From a virus: a stretch of DNA of 64,000 bases. Shown here one piece after another: positions 44,068 through 53,225 of this stretch. The DNA lies in the IMG/VR virus record IMGVR_UViG_3300031416_000001; one strand, written 5' to 3'. The notes below the pieces were generated by a model. It saw nothing but the letters and a program-made list of their open reading frames with translations, did not search any database and was not told where the DNA came from. Numbering within the stretch: position 1 is the first letter of the stretch; every line of letters begins with the position of its first letter. The translations under genes and the position numbers were made by a program.

Positions 44068-46440
44068 ATGGCACTCGCACCCCGCTATACAGCATCAGTA
44101 CAACCAACTTCAGCACCAACTGGGCCGGGAACCCAGGGCGCTAACACGGCTCCAGGGCAACAGGATGCACTGGGTCTGGTAAAACAGTTGGTTCGTCAAT
44201 CATCACAGGCCGCTAGTTATGATCCTGTGTATAACAACATTTATGAAGACAAAACACTTCAAGAGTTCAAAGAGCAATCTTCAGAAGGCAGTGAAGATCA
44301 GATTAACTATTTCCGTCAGCATGCGGCGGCGTGGATAGTTCAGTTTGTTCAAGAAGCGAAGATCTATCGTCATGGGGTGATGTACGCTACCTTCCGTGAC
44401 ATCGTGGAAAACTATCCTTCTATTCGTGCAGTGAACAGTCATGTCAAAGCTGAGTTCATTAAGTTCTTGGTGGGACGTAATGATTTACTGGACGTAGTTG
44501 CAATTCGAACCTCGGTGTGGTTTGGCTTTATCATGGCGAAAGTGATTAAAGACGCCAATGGCCAGCCGCCTCGTCAAGCTGTACTGCATTCAGTGCGTAC
44601 AGCGACCGAGAACATCTTGAATCTTGAAATTGTTACCTGGCTGAATGGGTCTAACAAAGCAGCGGCTTTCTTGTATTCGCCGACGCCTGAGATCCAGGAG
44701 CTATTGAGCAAGTTCAACATGCGCAAAGATGCAGCATCAAAGGTATTCCAGTTCTTCGAGGAATCCTCGCCGTATGACGCTGCTAACTTCTCTGGTGAAC
44801 GCATGAGTGAAGGTAACATTACCAACATTATGCCAGAGGTTGCGCGTGTGGGCATGGATCAACGCCTGCCTGCCAGCAAGAACAACGGTATGACGGACAT
44901 GACAGGAACTTATGTACCGGATTACCATGATGGCATGGCTGCAGAAGATCGTGAGCTGTTACGGATATCGTTCGATCTGATGCGTAAAAACAATCAGACC
45001 CCGGGCTTTACCAATCAGCCACCACCTCGTGCTACACAACGGGACAGTTATGATGATTTGAATATCTACGGAACGAGCGGTCAGCGTTACCGTACGGATA
45101 TCGAAAACATTGATATCCACAATCGCCACCTGTTTGACCTGCGCAGTTACTTTACAGCAACGGCGTGTGAAAACTGGTGGACAGTAAAAGAGGGAGATTG
45201 GACATTCCTCAAACGTGCTATGAAACGTCGTGGCGGTATTCGTGCTGAAGATACAATCGTTAAAGGCTGTATTCGTTTTGTTGAATATGACTTTGACCAC
45301 GAGAACTCGTTCCCAGGATGGAGAACGCGAGCCATTCGTTTCACCAACCAAGCGGAAAAAGATATGATCTTGTCTGATCCTGCTAAACTGCTGCCTCACC
45401 TGGATGTGGATAGTTTCCAGAACAAGGTTGTGGTATTGCCGGTCACCGAAGCCAAAGCGTTCTTTGATGAAGAAGGTCGCAAGCTGGGTGATGATGCGGA
45501 AGTGTTTGAAAAGCTGCGTGAACCAGGATTTGAATTCCGTGTTATTGATACTGAAGACAGCATCCGCACCAGTTATACCAAGGACGTGTACGATCGCATG
45601 ATTGCTTCCGGGACTTCGATTGCTGAAGAAACACAGAAGCCGTTAGCGATGTTGGGTGAGTTCGACATCACCGGCCGGTTCATGTTCGAAGATCGTCAGT
45701 CTCGTGATGCAGTCGTGGCCAAGTTCCCAATGGTGTTCCATGGTTACGAAGGCAATGCTGACAATTCTTACTTTGGTATCATCGAATCGATTGCGCGTCA
45801 GTTAGGGCGTACACCGATTGATGATGAGAACACGCCGGAAGGCCATCGCTTTGATACATTTGTAAGCGGTCGTCTGACGATGGATCTCAATGACTGGTTG
45901 GTAAATGCAGCGGGTTATTCACTTAATCCCAAAGACGGTGAGTCGCTGACTGTGGACAACATTCTGCTCGATTACAACGAGTTGAAGACTGTGTTGTTGC
46001 AGACGGATAAAACCGTGTATGACATTTTGAATCAGGTTGGCCCTGACAGTTTGGTTAAGTCTCTTATCGAGATGTTTGATCGTCCTGTTACACCTGCTGA
46101 AACAATGTCACCGGTTGATCGCGAAGAGCACGCTATGTCGCTTATTCGCTCTCGCCACTATCGCAGTATTGTGATTCACAACGAACCTGGTCCTAAACCA
46201 ACCGTTGGTAAACCGATCACTCTGCGTCGCAGTAACAACCCCGAGTTCTTTACTCTAATTGACACCTTGCGTGCTCATGTTCAAGGTAAAGGCCAACAGC
46301 TCGAAACACAAAGCATCTTAATGATGTATAAATACACCAATGACCTGTTCATGGTGACGCCGACTGTGTATGATGAAAACGTGTTGACGATCCGTACGGT
46401 GAAACCATCGCGCACATTCCTCAGTCCGGCCTTTGGGTAA
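44068..46440 (+). CDS. RNA polymerase beta-prime-like subunit, N-terminal/catalytic part with a DFDHE loop (tentative), 790 aa
   Basis: Matches to E. coli RpoC are collinear and sit at similar residue numbers. IMPEV (254) resembles LPVLPP (250). [14 protein letters not shown] (297) resembles [30 protein letters not shown] (339) resembles [31 protein letters not shown] resembles LNRAPTLHRLGI. EYDFDHE (aa 408-412, nt 45289-45303) resembles [16 protein letters not shown] resembles [32 protein letters not shown] resembles [25 protein letters not shown]. Confidence 0.5.
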   Translation: [790 protein letters not shown]

Positions 46441-46458
46441 CTCTTAGAAATAACTCCT

Positions 46459-46482
46459 ACTCCTACCCTCGCGGGTAGGAGT
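46459..46482. terminator. bidirectional hairpin terminator
   Basis: ACTCCTACCC-TCGC-GGGTAGGAGT between convergent genes, with a T9 run downstream. Confidence 0.75.
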
Positions 46483-46506
46483 AAGGTTGTTTCTATTTTT
46501 TTTTGT

Positions 46507-49500
46507 TTAAATACCAAACGGGTTCTCACCACCTTCTTTAGTATCAGACAGTTTCTTAGCATCTTCGCTAACTTCAGCGTCTGCCTTGTCTTCTGGCTTC
46601 ACGTCATCAGGATTTTGATTATCGTCTGGCTTCGCTTCATCGTTGTTCTCATCGTCTGGCTTGTTCTCGTCATCCAGATTTTCATCTGTATTTTCAGGGT
46701 TCAAGTCATCTGTCTGAGCGCCATCGTCTGGCGGGGTTGCTCCGTCATCTAATGAAGGTTCATTACCATCACCTTCGGCATTGAACGGACCAGGCTGTTG
46801 TTCGTTTTCATCCTCAGTACCAGCGATAGTCTGGAATTTCTCCAGAGCTTTCTCAAGCTTCGGCTCCATCGATTTAACAGTCTTGCCACGCTCTTCCAGA
46901 TCACGCAGGGCGAGGTTACTCAGGAAGCTGTAGAGTTTATTGTTTTGTAGTACAACGCTCTCCACAATGCCTGCCATGCCGCCACCTGATGGATCATCCA
47001 CTGCATCGTCAAACGGTGAAGGAATGTTGAGGTACTTGTGTGCTTTCTGGTACAGGTAGGCTTTGACCATTGCTTCGATCTGTTCCTTGCTGTACTCACC
47101 ACCGATGTTCAACGTTTCCAACGCTTTATCGATCAGTGCAGTTTTACCGTTGGCATCCCACCACTGTGTCACCAGTTCGTTAACCGTACTCAGACCTTCC
47201 TTGAGCTTCGCCGCCTGTTCCATTACCGCAGGAGCCGGCAGAGAACATTCGATGTTGTTCAGGAAGTCTTCCAGGATAAGTTCAATGGTATCCGCTTCGC
47301 TTCCTTTCGGCATCTCGACTTCTTTATTATCAGGAGTCCAGAGCTTTCTTTGGTCGCTGATAGTTTGGATCAGAGACAACAGCAGAGGTTGGTTAACGCG
47401 CACGTATTTACGTTCACGCTCCATTACGAAGTCCGCAATTTGTTCTTGCCAGTTCAAGGCCTGGTTGTACACCAGTCGGTGTTCATTCAGCGCTTCAATC
47501 TGGAAGTTATTGTTTTCATCCGCAACATCCAACCAGCTACGCGGTAACATGAAGTAGTTGGCGATCTTGTTCAACACTTCGTTACGACTGTCGCTATCTA
47601 CCTTGCGGAAGTGTTGCTTCTCCTGAGGCTCTACAGAGATGTTTGGAACAGGCAAGTAGGGGTTTTCACCTGCATCCACTTCCAACGTCAAGGAGAGTTC
47701 ACGGAAGGCATCGACCAGTACCGGAATACTCATCTGGTTTGTGGCCAGCACGTTATAGAAACGCGGGTTAGCACGGAAGAAGACTTCACGAGCCATTGCA
47801 ATCGTGCGCTCTGGGTTCGGGTCATCTTTGTTCAGCACAATACGCATCTTGTTAGAGCTTTGTGCTGCTTCCATGTTGGCCATGGCGTCTGCCAGATCCA
47901 TTGCCGCTAAACGCGCAATGTGCATCTTGGCTGATTGAGTCAGTGATTGACCCACACCCAATGCATTGTATTTAAACGCCGCATAGGTCACGCATTCACC
48001 TGGTACATACAGAGCACGGATACCTTGACCACGGAACATACGGGCCAGGAAGATCTTGTTGGTTTCCTCATCGAGGTCCACAGAGATCGTACCAGAACGA
48101 CCGGAGATCACTGACTTCATAAAGGATTCAATAATGATCCCTTTACTGAGTTCAGCAAATTCAGTCATGTCGAAGTCACAGTCTTTACCCTGTTGAATCT
48201 GCTTCAGGTTATCGATCAGTGAATTGGTACCGCCCTGCTGGTTCTTGTTACCGATCCCGTCAGAGAGCTTCTTAGAACTCTGGTAATACTGGAAGTCAGT
48301 AACGTTGTTCAGGAACTCGCCGGTATCAGGATCAAACAGAATCACGTAGTCTTTCTTCTTACGCACATTTCCGTTGATATGAATAGGAATGATTGCAGCA
48401 GAAGGAACGTGCCAGTCAATCGGCGTACCGTAGTTAGCCACACCCAGATCAGTGTCTTGCTTAACAAACTGCATGAACTGATTAGCAGCTCGACGATGTG
48501 GGAAGATGTCATGCTGCAAGCTGTTAAGCGTACCCATTGACATGTTCTTAACCGTTGCACGCGGTTTGTCAGGGCGGTTTTCTTTATCGCTGCTCTTCTT
48601 GGTTGTCGTCTTGTCACGGTCATCCGGTTTAGCATTAGCATTGCTCAACGTCTGCTGGATAAGAGACGCAAAGTCTTCATTACCCGAATAGAACTTCTCG
48701 TTGAACTTCTTCTTCTTTTCAGCCAGCAGGTTAGTTGCCAGCGTAGCCGGGTTATCCGTAAAGGTGATATTGAAAGCAGAACCTTCCAATGGTGTGCCTT
48801 TAAGAATGTCGAACTCCGCCTGACTGGATGTTTTCACATTCTGCATGGAACCCATAACAGATTCCAGACCCGCCACGTTAAAGACATCATCGCCTTTATC
48901 TTCCGGTGGACGCACGTAGTTGCCCACGTTCATCACACGCATTTTACCGGTTGAGCGGTCAAAGGTGAAGTTACCCTGGGTGGCCTGGTAGGTATGAATT
49001 GGCTTCATATCCTCGTTACCAGCACGGTCCACGACTTCCATACCGTTGATTAAATAATCGAGAGAGATACGGCTCAGGGTCAATGTGGCATAGCTACCGG
49101 TGTTCCAGAGCATGTCATCGATCTGTTCGCGCAGTTCGTCTTCGATTTTATAGTCGTTTGTAAAGTAATCTTTCCAAACCTTTAATAATGCGGTATGCAA
49201 CGGCGTATTTTTGTAACGAGATGACCGCGTCGAGTATTCCAGGATATTTTTCTGTTTCCCGTTGGGATACAGCAGTAGCGAAGACCAGATCAATTCAGCA
49301 CGGTCGATATAGGGCGTAATCGCACGCAAGTCATGCGCGGCATTAATGTTGTTGGCAATGATGTTGCTTATGCGTTCGAGCTTGTGCGGCATGATCGCAT
49401 TACGCTCATTTCCCGCGGTGAGTTCGTTTGCTTCCGGTGCACGCCCGTTCTTTGGTACAGCATTGCGAAGCGTTGCTGCGACCAGTGGGTTTACCGACTT

Positions 49501-49569
49501 AACTTTCTCTCGTAAGCGAGAGAGATTCGCAGTCGTACTACCTCTGGTCATATCTCGACTTTGGACCAT
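46507..49569 (-). CDS. portal protein candidate, ~1020 aa (start moved to ATG 49569)
   Basis: Very large ORF next to the capsid/RNAP late cluster. ATG 49569 has a GAGGC RBS 5 nt upstream. ~107-aa acidic low-complexity C-terminus. Contains AGLESV. No diagnostic motif, so the call is by size and context. Confidence 0.45.
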   Translation of the reverse strand: MVQSRDMTRGSTTANLSRLREKVKSVNPLVAATLRNAVPKNGRAPEANELTAGNERNAIMPHKLERISNIIANNINAAHDLRAITPYIDRAELIWSSLLLYPNGKQKNILEYSTRSSRYKNTPLHTALLKVWKDYFTNDYKIEDELREQIDDMLWNTGSYATLTLSRISLDYLINGMEVVDRAGNEDMKPIHTYQATQGNFTFDRSTGKMRVMNVGNYVRPPEDKGDDVFNVAGLESVMGSMQNVKTSSQAEFDILKGTPLEGSAFNITFTDNPATLATNLLAEKKKKFNEKFYSGNEDFASLIQQTLSNANAKPDDRDKTTTKKSSDKENRPDKPRATVKNMSMGTLNSLQHDIFPHRRAANQFMQFVKQDTDLGVANYGTPIDWHVPSAAIIPIHINGNVRKKKDYVILFDPDTGEFLNNVTDFQYYQSSKKLSDGIGNKNQQGGTNSLIDNLKQIQQGKDCDFDMTEFAELSKGIIIESFMKSVISGRSGTISVDLDEETNKIFLARMFRGQGIRALYVPGECVTYAAFKYNALGVGQSLTQSAKMHIARLAAMDLADAMANMEAAQSSNKMRIVLNKDDPNPERTIAMAREVFFRANPRFYNVLATNQMSIPVLVDAFRELSLTLEVDAGENPYLPVPNISVEPQEKQHFRKVDSDSRNEVLNKIANYFMLPRSWLDVADENNNFQIEALNEHRLVYNQALNWQEQIADFVMERERKYVRVNQPLLLSLIQTISDQRKLWTPDNKEVEMPKGSEADTIELILEDFLNNIECSLPAPAVMEQAAKLKEGLSTVNELVTQWWDANGKTALIDKALETLNIGGEYSKEQIEAMVKAYLYQKAHKYLNIPSPFDDAVDDPSGGGMAGIVESVVLQNNKLYSFLSNLALRDLEERGKTVKSMEPKLEKALEKFQTIAGTEDENEQQPGPFNAEGDGNEPSLDDGATPPDDGAQTDDLNPENTDENLDDENKPDDENNDEAKPDDNQNPDDVKPEDKADAEVSEDAKKLSDTKEGGENPFGI

Positions 49570-49594
49570 TATTAGCCTCTTTTTTGGAAACAAA

Positions 49595-51880
49595 ATGAAT
49601 AGAATAGATCTCGATAATTTCTATTCCGACACTTTCCAACTCACCCGCACAATGGTTGTCAAAATAGAAGCCATTGCGCAGCGCGAGAATGAAGTGTTGG
49701 AAAAGGCCGGATACACCGTTCTTAATGACAAGCGCACGTGGCGCTATTACATGAATTTAAACGGAGATTACCACGAGACTGATGAAGTCATGACGGTGAT
49801 TTCCTTGGACACAGGTGAAGAGATACCCTTTACCAAAGAGACGATGGCTCAGCATCTTCTCACCTACCGTCAGTATCTTAAGGGCGGTGACCTGTACAAG
49901 CGTCTTACGGACACCTATGACGGACAGACCGTTTTAATCAACGGCATACTGTTACCGATTACATATGATGTTTCGATCGATGCCCCGAACTATAAGATTC
50001 TTCGCTACAATGAGAGTCTTGTCCTGTGGAATGAAGAACAGCTGATTCCTCAGGTCCAACGCTGGATAAACGGTAACGCCCCGGCGATGTTCGAAAACGA
50101 ATACCACGTCACTGAAGATCTCATGCTTCACCAGATGGTGGTTGAGTTGGGCGCGGCTATTCTTCAGGTTATTCACTTAACCCGTTTCCAAGCCATCAAG
50201 ACCCGTAACGCCCATGACTTCTATATCTGGAGTCATATCGATTCATACGGTGAGTTCTCGGTCTATAAGAACTCGCTGAACCGTGAACAGGTAATGTGGT
50301 TACACCGCAATATCGAATGGATCAACAGTAACGCGGGTAAAGAGTTTACGTTCGATAAGCTCATGGAGAAACTACTGACTTTGCGTAAGATCCCGATCTC
50401 GAAATATGAGATGGTGTTGAACACAGAGAACCAATTGGTAGACCTCACTCCAACGCCTCAGTGGAAGCGTACGCAGCTGAATATGAATGAGGATAAGCAG
50501 ATACTGCCTGTCTTCTTCAACACGCAGAAGCTCATTGAGAAAGAACGTCCGATGGCGGTGGACAACACCCTGATGACCTCCATCTATCAGGAAGAAGCAA
50601 ACTTCGAAGGCACGTACAGTTTACACAATGACTTGCCGACCAAGGTGCTGGAATCTGAGATGGCGGACTACACCAACCGTCACAGCGATACCATGATGAC
50701 CGTGGTGTTTAACCAGTGGATCTACCTGGCAGGTAAAGGTGTCTATCAGGTTAACATGGCGGTAGTGAATCCCAAAGACGGACGTTTGTTACGTCTGGAT
50801 GCCAAGGATGCGTTTACCTTGTGGCGCTACATTACTCGCCTTGCCGCGGGTCATGAACTCACCACTATTGAGAATGCCTTCTATAATAACGTCATGGCTC
50901 TGAAACCACCTACGGTAAAAGAGTTGCAAAACGTTGGGCTGGGAAGCAAGTACATTACTGATGCTGTTGCAGGTAGTATCCGCGACCAGTTCGTTGATAT
51001 CGTGTCGGTGGGTTCATCTGAAGAGTTGTTGAATGTTTCCAAGAACATCTATATTGCGATGTGGAAGCACAAGAAGCTGTACAGTTCTTTCGGGGATCAC
51101 GTCACGCATGCGGCGGTTAAGAATGCCACTAAGCTGATGTATGAAACCGGTGAGATCTCATTGGTAGACGACCACAGCTACCTGCGCTTCTTGCAGAAGT
51201 ATGCGCTGGACTTCGATGACTACAACTACGAAGAACTCACCAATCTGGCTTGGGTCATCTTTAAAACCTTTACCGGTTGGGATCTCAACAACAACCCATC
51301 ACTTCGCAGCATTCAGAATGATTTGATTGATCTCATGATGAAGCTGAGTTCCTATACCGTTCACACCATTAAAACCATGGATGACGGTACGGACGTGATT
51401 GAGTTGCCGTACGACAACAGTCTGGGGGATTCACAATATCTGGGTCTGGGTCATCAGTTAGAAGCCGATTTCTCCAATGTCCACTTAAAACTGAATCACG
51501 CCCTGGCGTTAGATGCGGTACCGGAGTTGGAAGTCCGCTTACCGGATACCAACCATCCTAAGCTTGACAGTGCCTCGGCTACGGTTAAAGCACGCTTTGT
51601 TGATACCACTCGCATGCGTTTGGATCACAGCAAAGACATCACTCCGCTCAATGCATTGCGCTTCCCTAACAGTAACTTCTTTACGGTTGAAACGGGAAGT
51701 ACGCCGCACCCTGACTTCATTCTTCCTCCGACCTATTATGGGGAACTTGAAGAACAGGATGAACCAGAAGACCTGATTATTCCGCCAACGTTCTACGGTG
51801 AGTTAGGTGAACCGGTAGAGCCAGAGTGGTTGCTTCTTGATCCGACGTATTACGGTTTGTTGGGAACTGAATCAAAATGA
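49595..51880 (+). CDS. hypothetical virion-type protein, 761 aa (track ORF trimmed to ATG 49595)
   Basis: The track N-terminal extension overlaps the divergent portal-like gene. MNRIDLDNFY start. C-terminal triple PPTYYGEL repeat. Confidence 0.75.
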   Translation: MNRIDLDNFYSDTFQLTRTMVVKIEAIAQRENEVLEKAGYTVLNDKRTWRYYMNLNGDYHETDEVMTVISLDTGEEIPFTKETMAQHLLTYRQYLKGGDLYKRLTDTYDGQTVLINGILLPITYDVSIDAPNYKILRYNESLVLWNEEQLIPQVQRWINGNAPAMFENEYHVTEDLMLHQMVVELGAAILQVIHLTRFQAIKTRNAHDFYIWSHIDSYGEFSVYKNSLNREQVMWLHRNIEWINSNAGKEFTFDKLMEKLLTLRKIPISKYEMVLNTENQLVDLTPTPQWKRTQLNMNEDKQILPVFFNTQKLIEKERPMAVDNTLMTSIYQEEANFEGTYSLHNDLPTKVLESEMADYTNRHSDTMMTVVFNQWIYLAGKGVYQVNMAVVNPKDGRLLRLDAKDAFTLWRYITRLAAGHELTTIENAFYNNVMALKPPTVKELQNVGLGSKYITDAVAGSIRDQFVDIVSVGSSEELLNVSKNIYIAMWKHKKLYSSFGDHVTHAAVKNATKLMYETGEISLVDDHSYLRFLQKYALDFDDYNYEELTNLAWVIFKTFTGWDLNNNPSLRSIQNDLIDLMMKLSSYTVHTIKTMDDGTDVIELPYDNSLGDSQYLGLGHQLEADFSNVHLKLNHALALDAVPELEVRLPDTNHPKLDSASATVKARFVDTTRMRLDHSKDITPLNALRFPNSNFFTVETGSTPHPDFILPPTYYGELEEQDEPEDLIIPPTFYGELGEPVEPEWLLLDPTYYGLLGTESK
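51713..51877 (+). repeat. three tandem ~19-aa coding repeats: (hydrophobic)3-PPT[YF]YGEL-acidic
   Basis: FILPPTYYGELEEQDEPED / LIIPPTFYGELGEPVEPEW / LLLDPTYYGLLGTESK at the extreme C-terminus. Confidence 0.8.
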
Positions 51881-52266
51881 ACATAGATCTCGAATTGGCC
51901 AAGCGCGAGTACGTATTAGGAAAGGGGATCATTGATAAAGAGGCGATTGAAAAGATCTGGCTAATCTTCCGAGACGTGAATGACAAGTATCAAGGTGTGT
52001 TTGATGTTTACACACCTCTTGACCCTGTACCAGAAAGTTGGGCACTGGTGAAGTACGATACCAGTACCTTTAATAACTGGGTATTTCCCACCGGGGTTGA
52101 GGTCACGCCGTTGACGGTTAGCAACTTTATCAACCGACGAACTGGACTGGGCATGAAGTATGACGATATCGCTTTTGTGAATATTGTCGACACCAAACGT
52201 GCTCAGGTGATGATGTCCCTGGATTCTATGTATTTTGCTGAATCTTTTATATTGCGTACCGCTTAA
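51877..52266 (+). CDS. hypothetical protein, 129 aa
   Basis: ATGA overlap with the upstream gene. Confidence 0.75.
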   Translation: MNIDLELAKREYVLGKGIIDKEAIEKIWLIFRDVNDKYQGVFDVYTPLDPVPESWALVKYDTSTFNNWVFPTGVEVTPLTVSNFINRRTGLGMKYDDIAFVNIVDTKRAQVMMSLDSMYFAESFILRTA

Positions 52267-52275
52267 GGAGTTTTT

Positions 52276-53223
52276 ATGGCGCTGTCAAGTGCTGAAATAC
52301 AAGATCAGGCACGGTCTGATAACCCCACGCAAATCTTTACCAACAACTCACTGGGTGGCTTGCTGTATAAATGTATGGCAACCAAACAGCCGTTCACCGT
52401 ACCGCAATACAGTACGTTGAATGAATATCTCCAGCTGTGGGGTGATGAATCACTGGGGCAAAAGAACTCCCGTGATTTCGAATTGAAGTATGTGACCTAC
52501 GGCCTGCGTGGCAGTAACTGCTACGGCTTACAACCTAACGGTTTGTCAGCAATGCGCGTTAACGGCCACCAACCGATTGACCAGCGTCTGTTTGTGCTGT
52601 GTCCGCTGATTGCGCGTCCACTCGATAACGACCTGGATGAGCAAACCCGTGAGAAGTACCGCGGTCGTACAGTGGGGACTTACAACAACCAGGCATACGC
52701 TGTATACTGGGTGAAAGTAGCCAGCTTCGAAGATTACAATCCGCATGAACTGCTGGTTGAAGTTGACGAAGACAGCGGCAATAGCCAAGTCATTGAAAAC
52801 CCGTACGTTCACAAGAAAGATGACCTGATGAACCCGGAGCCTCTGAACTATACCAGCAACGGTACAGTGCCAGTGGCCAAGCGTTACGTCATGGGTTCCG
52901 CCATTATCGATTGCTCTCTGGATGCAACGGAACTGGCTGAGATCGTCAATGCGTGTAAGATCGTGTTCGGTGATCCATCTGTGGCCTCTATCAACGAAGT
53001 AAGCGTGATGTGGGGTATCGATACCAAGGTTGGCGGCGACATCACCGGTGGCGCTCAGATTCGTTATAACGAAGCACTGAGCATGATCCCGGCTCACTTC
53101 CTGAGTGAGAAAGATGGTCGCTCTGCCGGCGGTAACTCTGCGATCACTCTGCGCTTTGACCACGGCAACAGTGATCCACTGTTACTGGCAACTGATTCCA
53201 CTACCTCTTCTACCGGGAGTTAA
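52276..53223 (+). CDS. hypothetical abundant virion-type protein, 315 aa
   Basis: AAGGAG RBS and good codon bias. No motif recognised, and no tubulin G-box. Confidence 0.8.
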   Translation: MALSSAEIQDQARSDNPTQIFTNNSLGGLLYKCMATKQPFTVPQYSTLNEYLQLWGDESLGQKNSRDFELKYVTYGLRGSNCYGLQPNGLSAMRVNGHQPIDQRLFVLCPLIARPLDNDLDEQTREKYRGRTVGTYNNQAYAVYWVKVASFEDYNPHELLVEVDEDSGNSQVIENPYVHKKDDLMNPEPLNYTSNGTVPVAKRYVMGSAIIDCSLDATELAEIVNACKIVFGDPSVASINEVSVMWGIDTKVGGDITGGAQIRYNEALSMIPAHFLSEKDGRSAGGNSAITLRFDHGNSDPLLLATDSTTSSTGS

Positions 53224-53225
53224 TC

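Noticed and set aside
49346-49594. N-terminal 83-aa extension of track ORF 49346..51880
   Set aside because: It overlaps the start of the divergent portal-like gene and has poor codon usage. ATG 49595 gives a sensible N-terminus.
52272-52278. TTTTATG copies whose ATG is itself a start codon (52276; similar T-rich contexts at 26898 and 3728)
   Set aside because: Here the ATG is the initiation codon preceded by a normal RBS. These copies were not counted as promoter motifs.
52276-53223. 315-aa ORF as a PhuZ-type tubulin (same length as phage tubulins)
   Set aside because: There is no GGGTG[ST]G-type nucleotide-binding signature or any other tubulin/FtsZ motif. The gene sits in a late virion operon.
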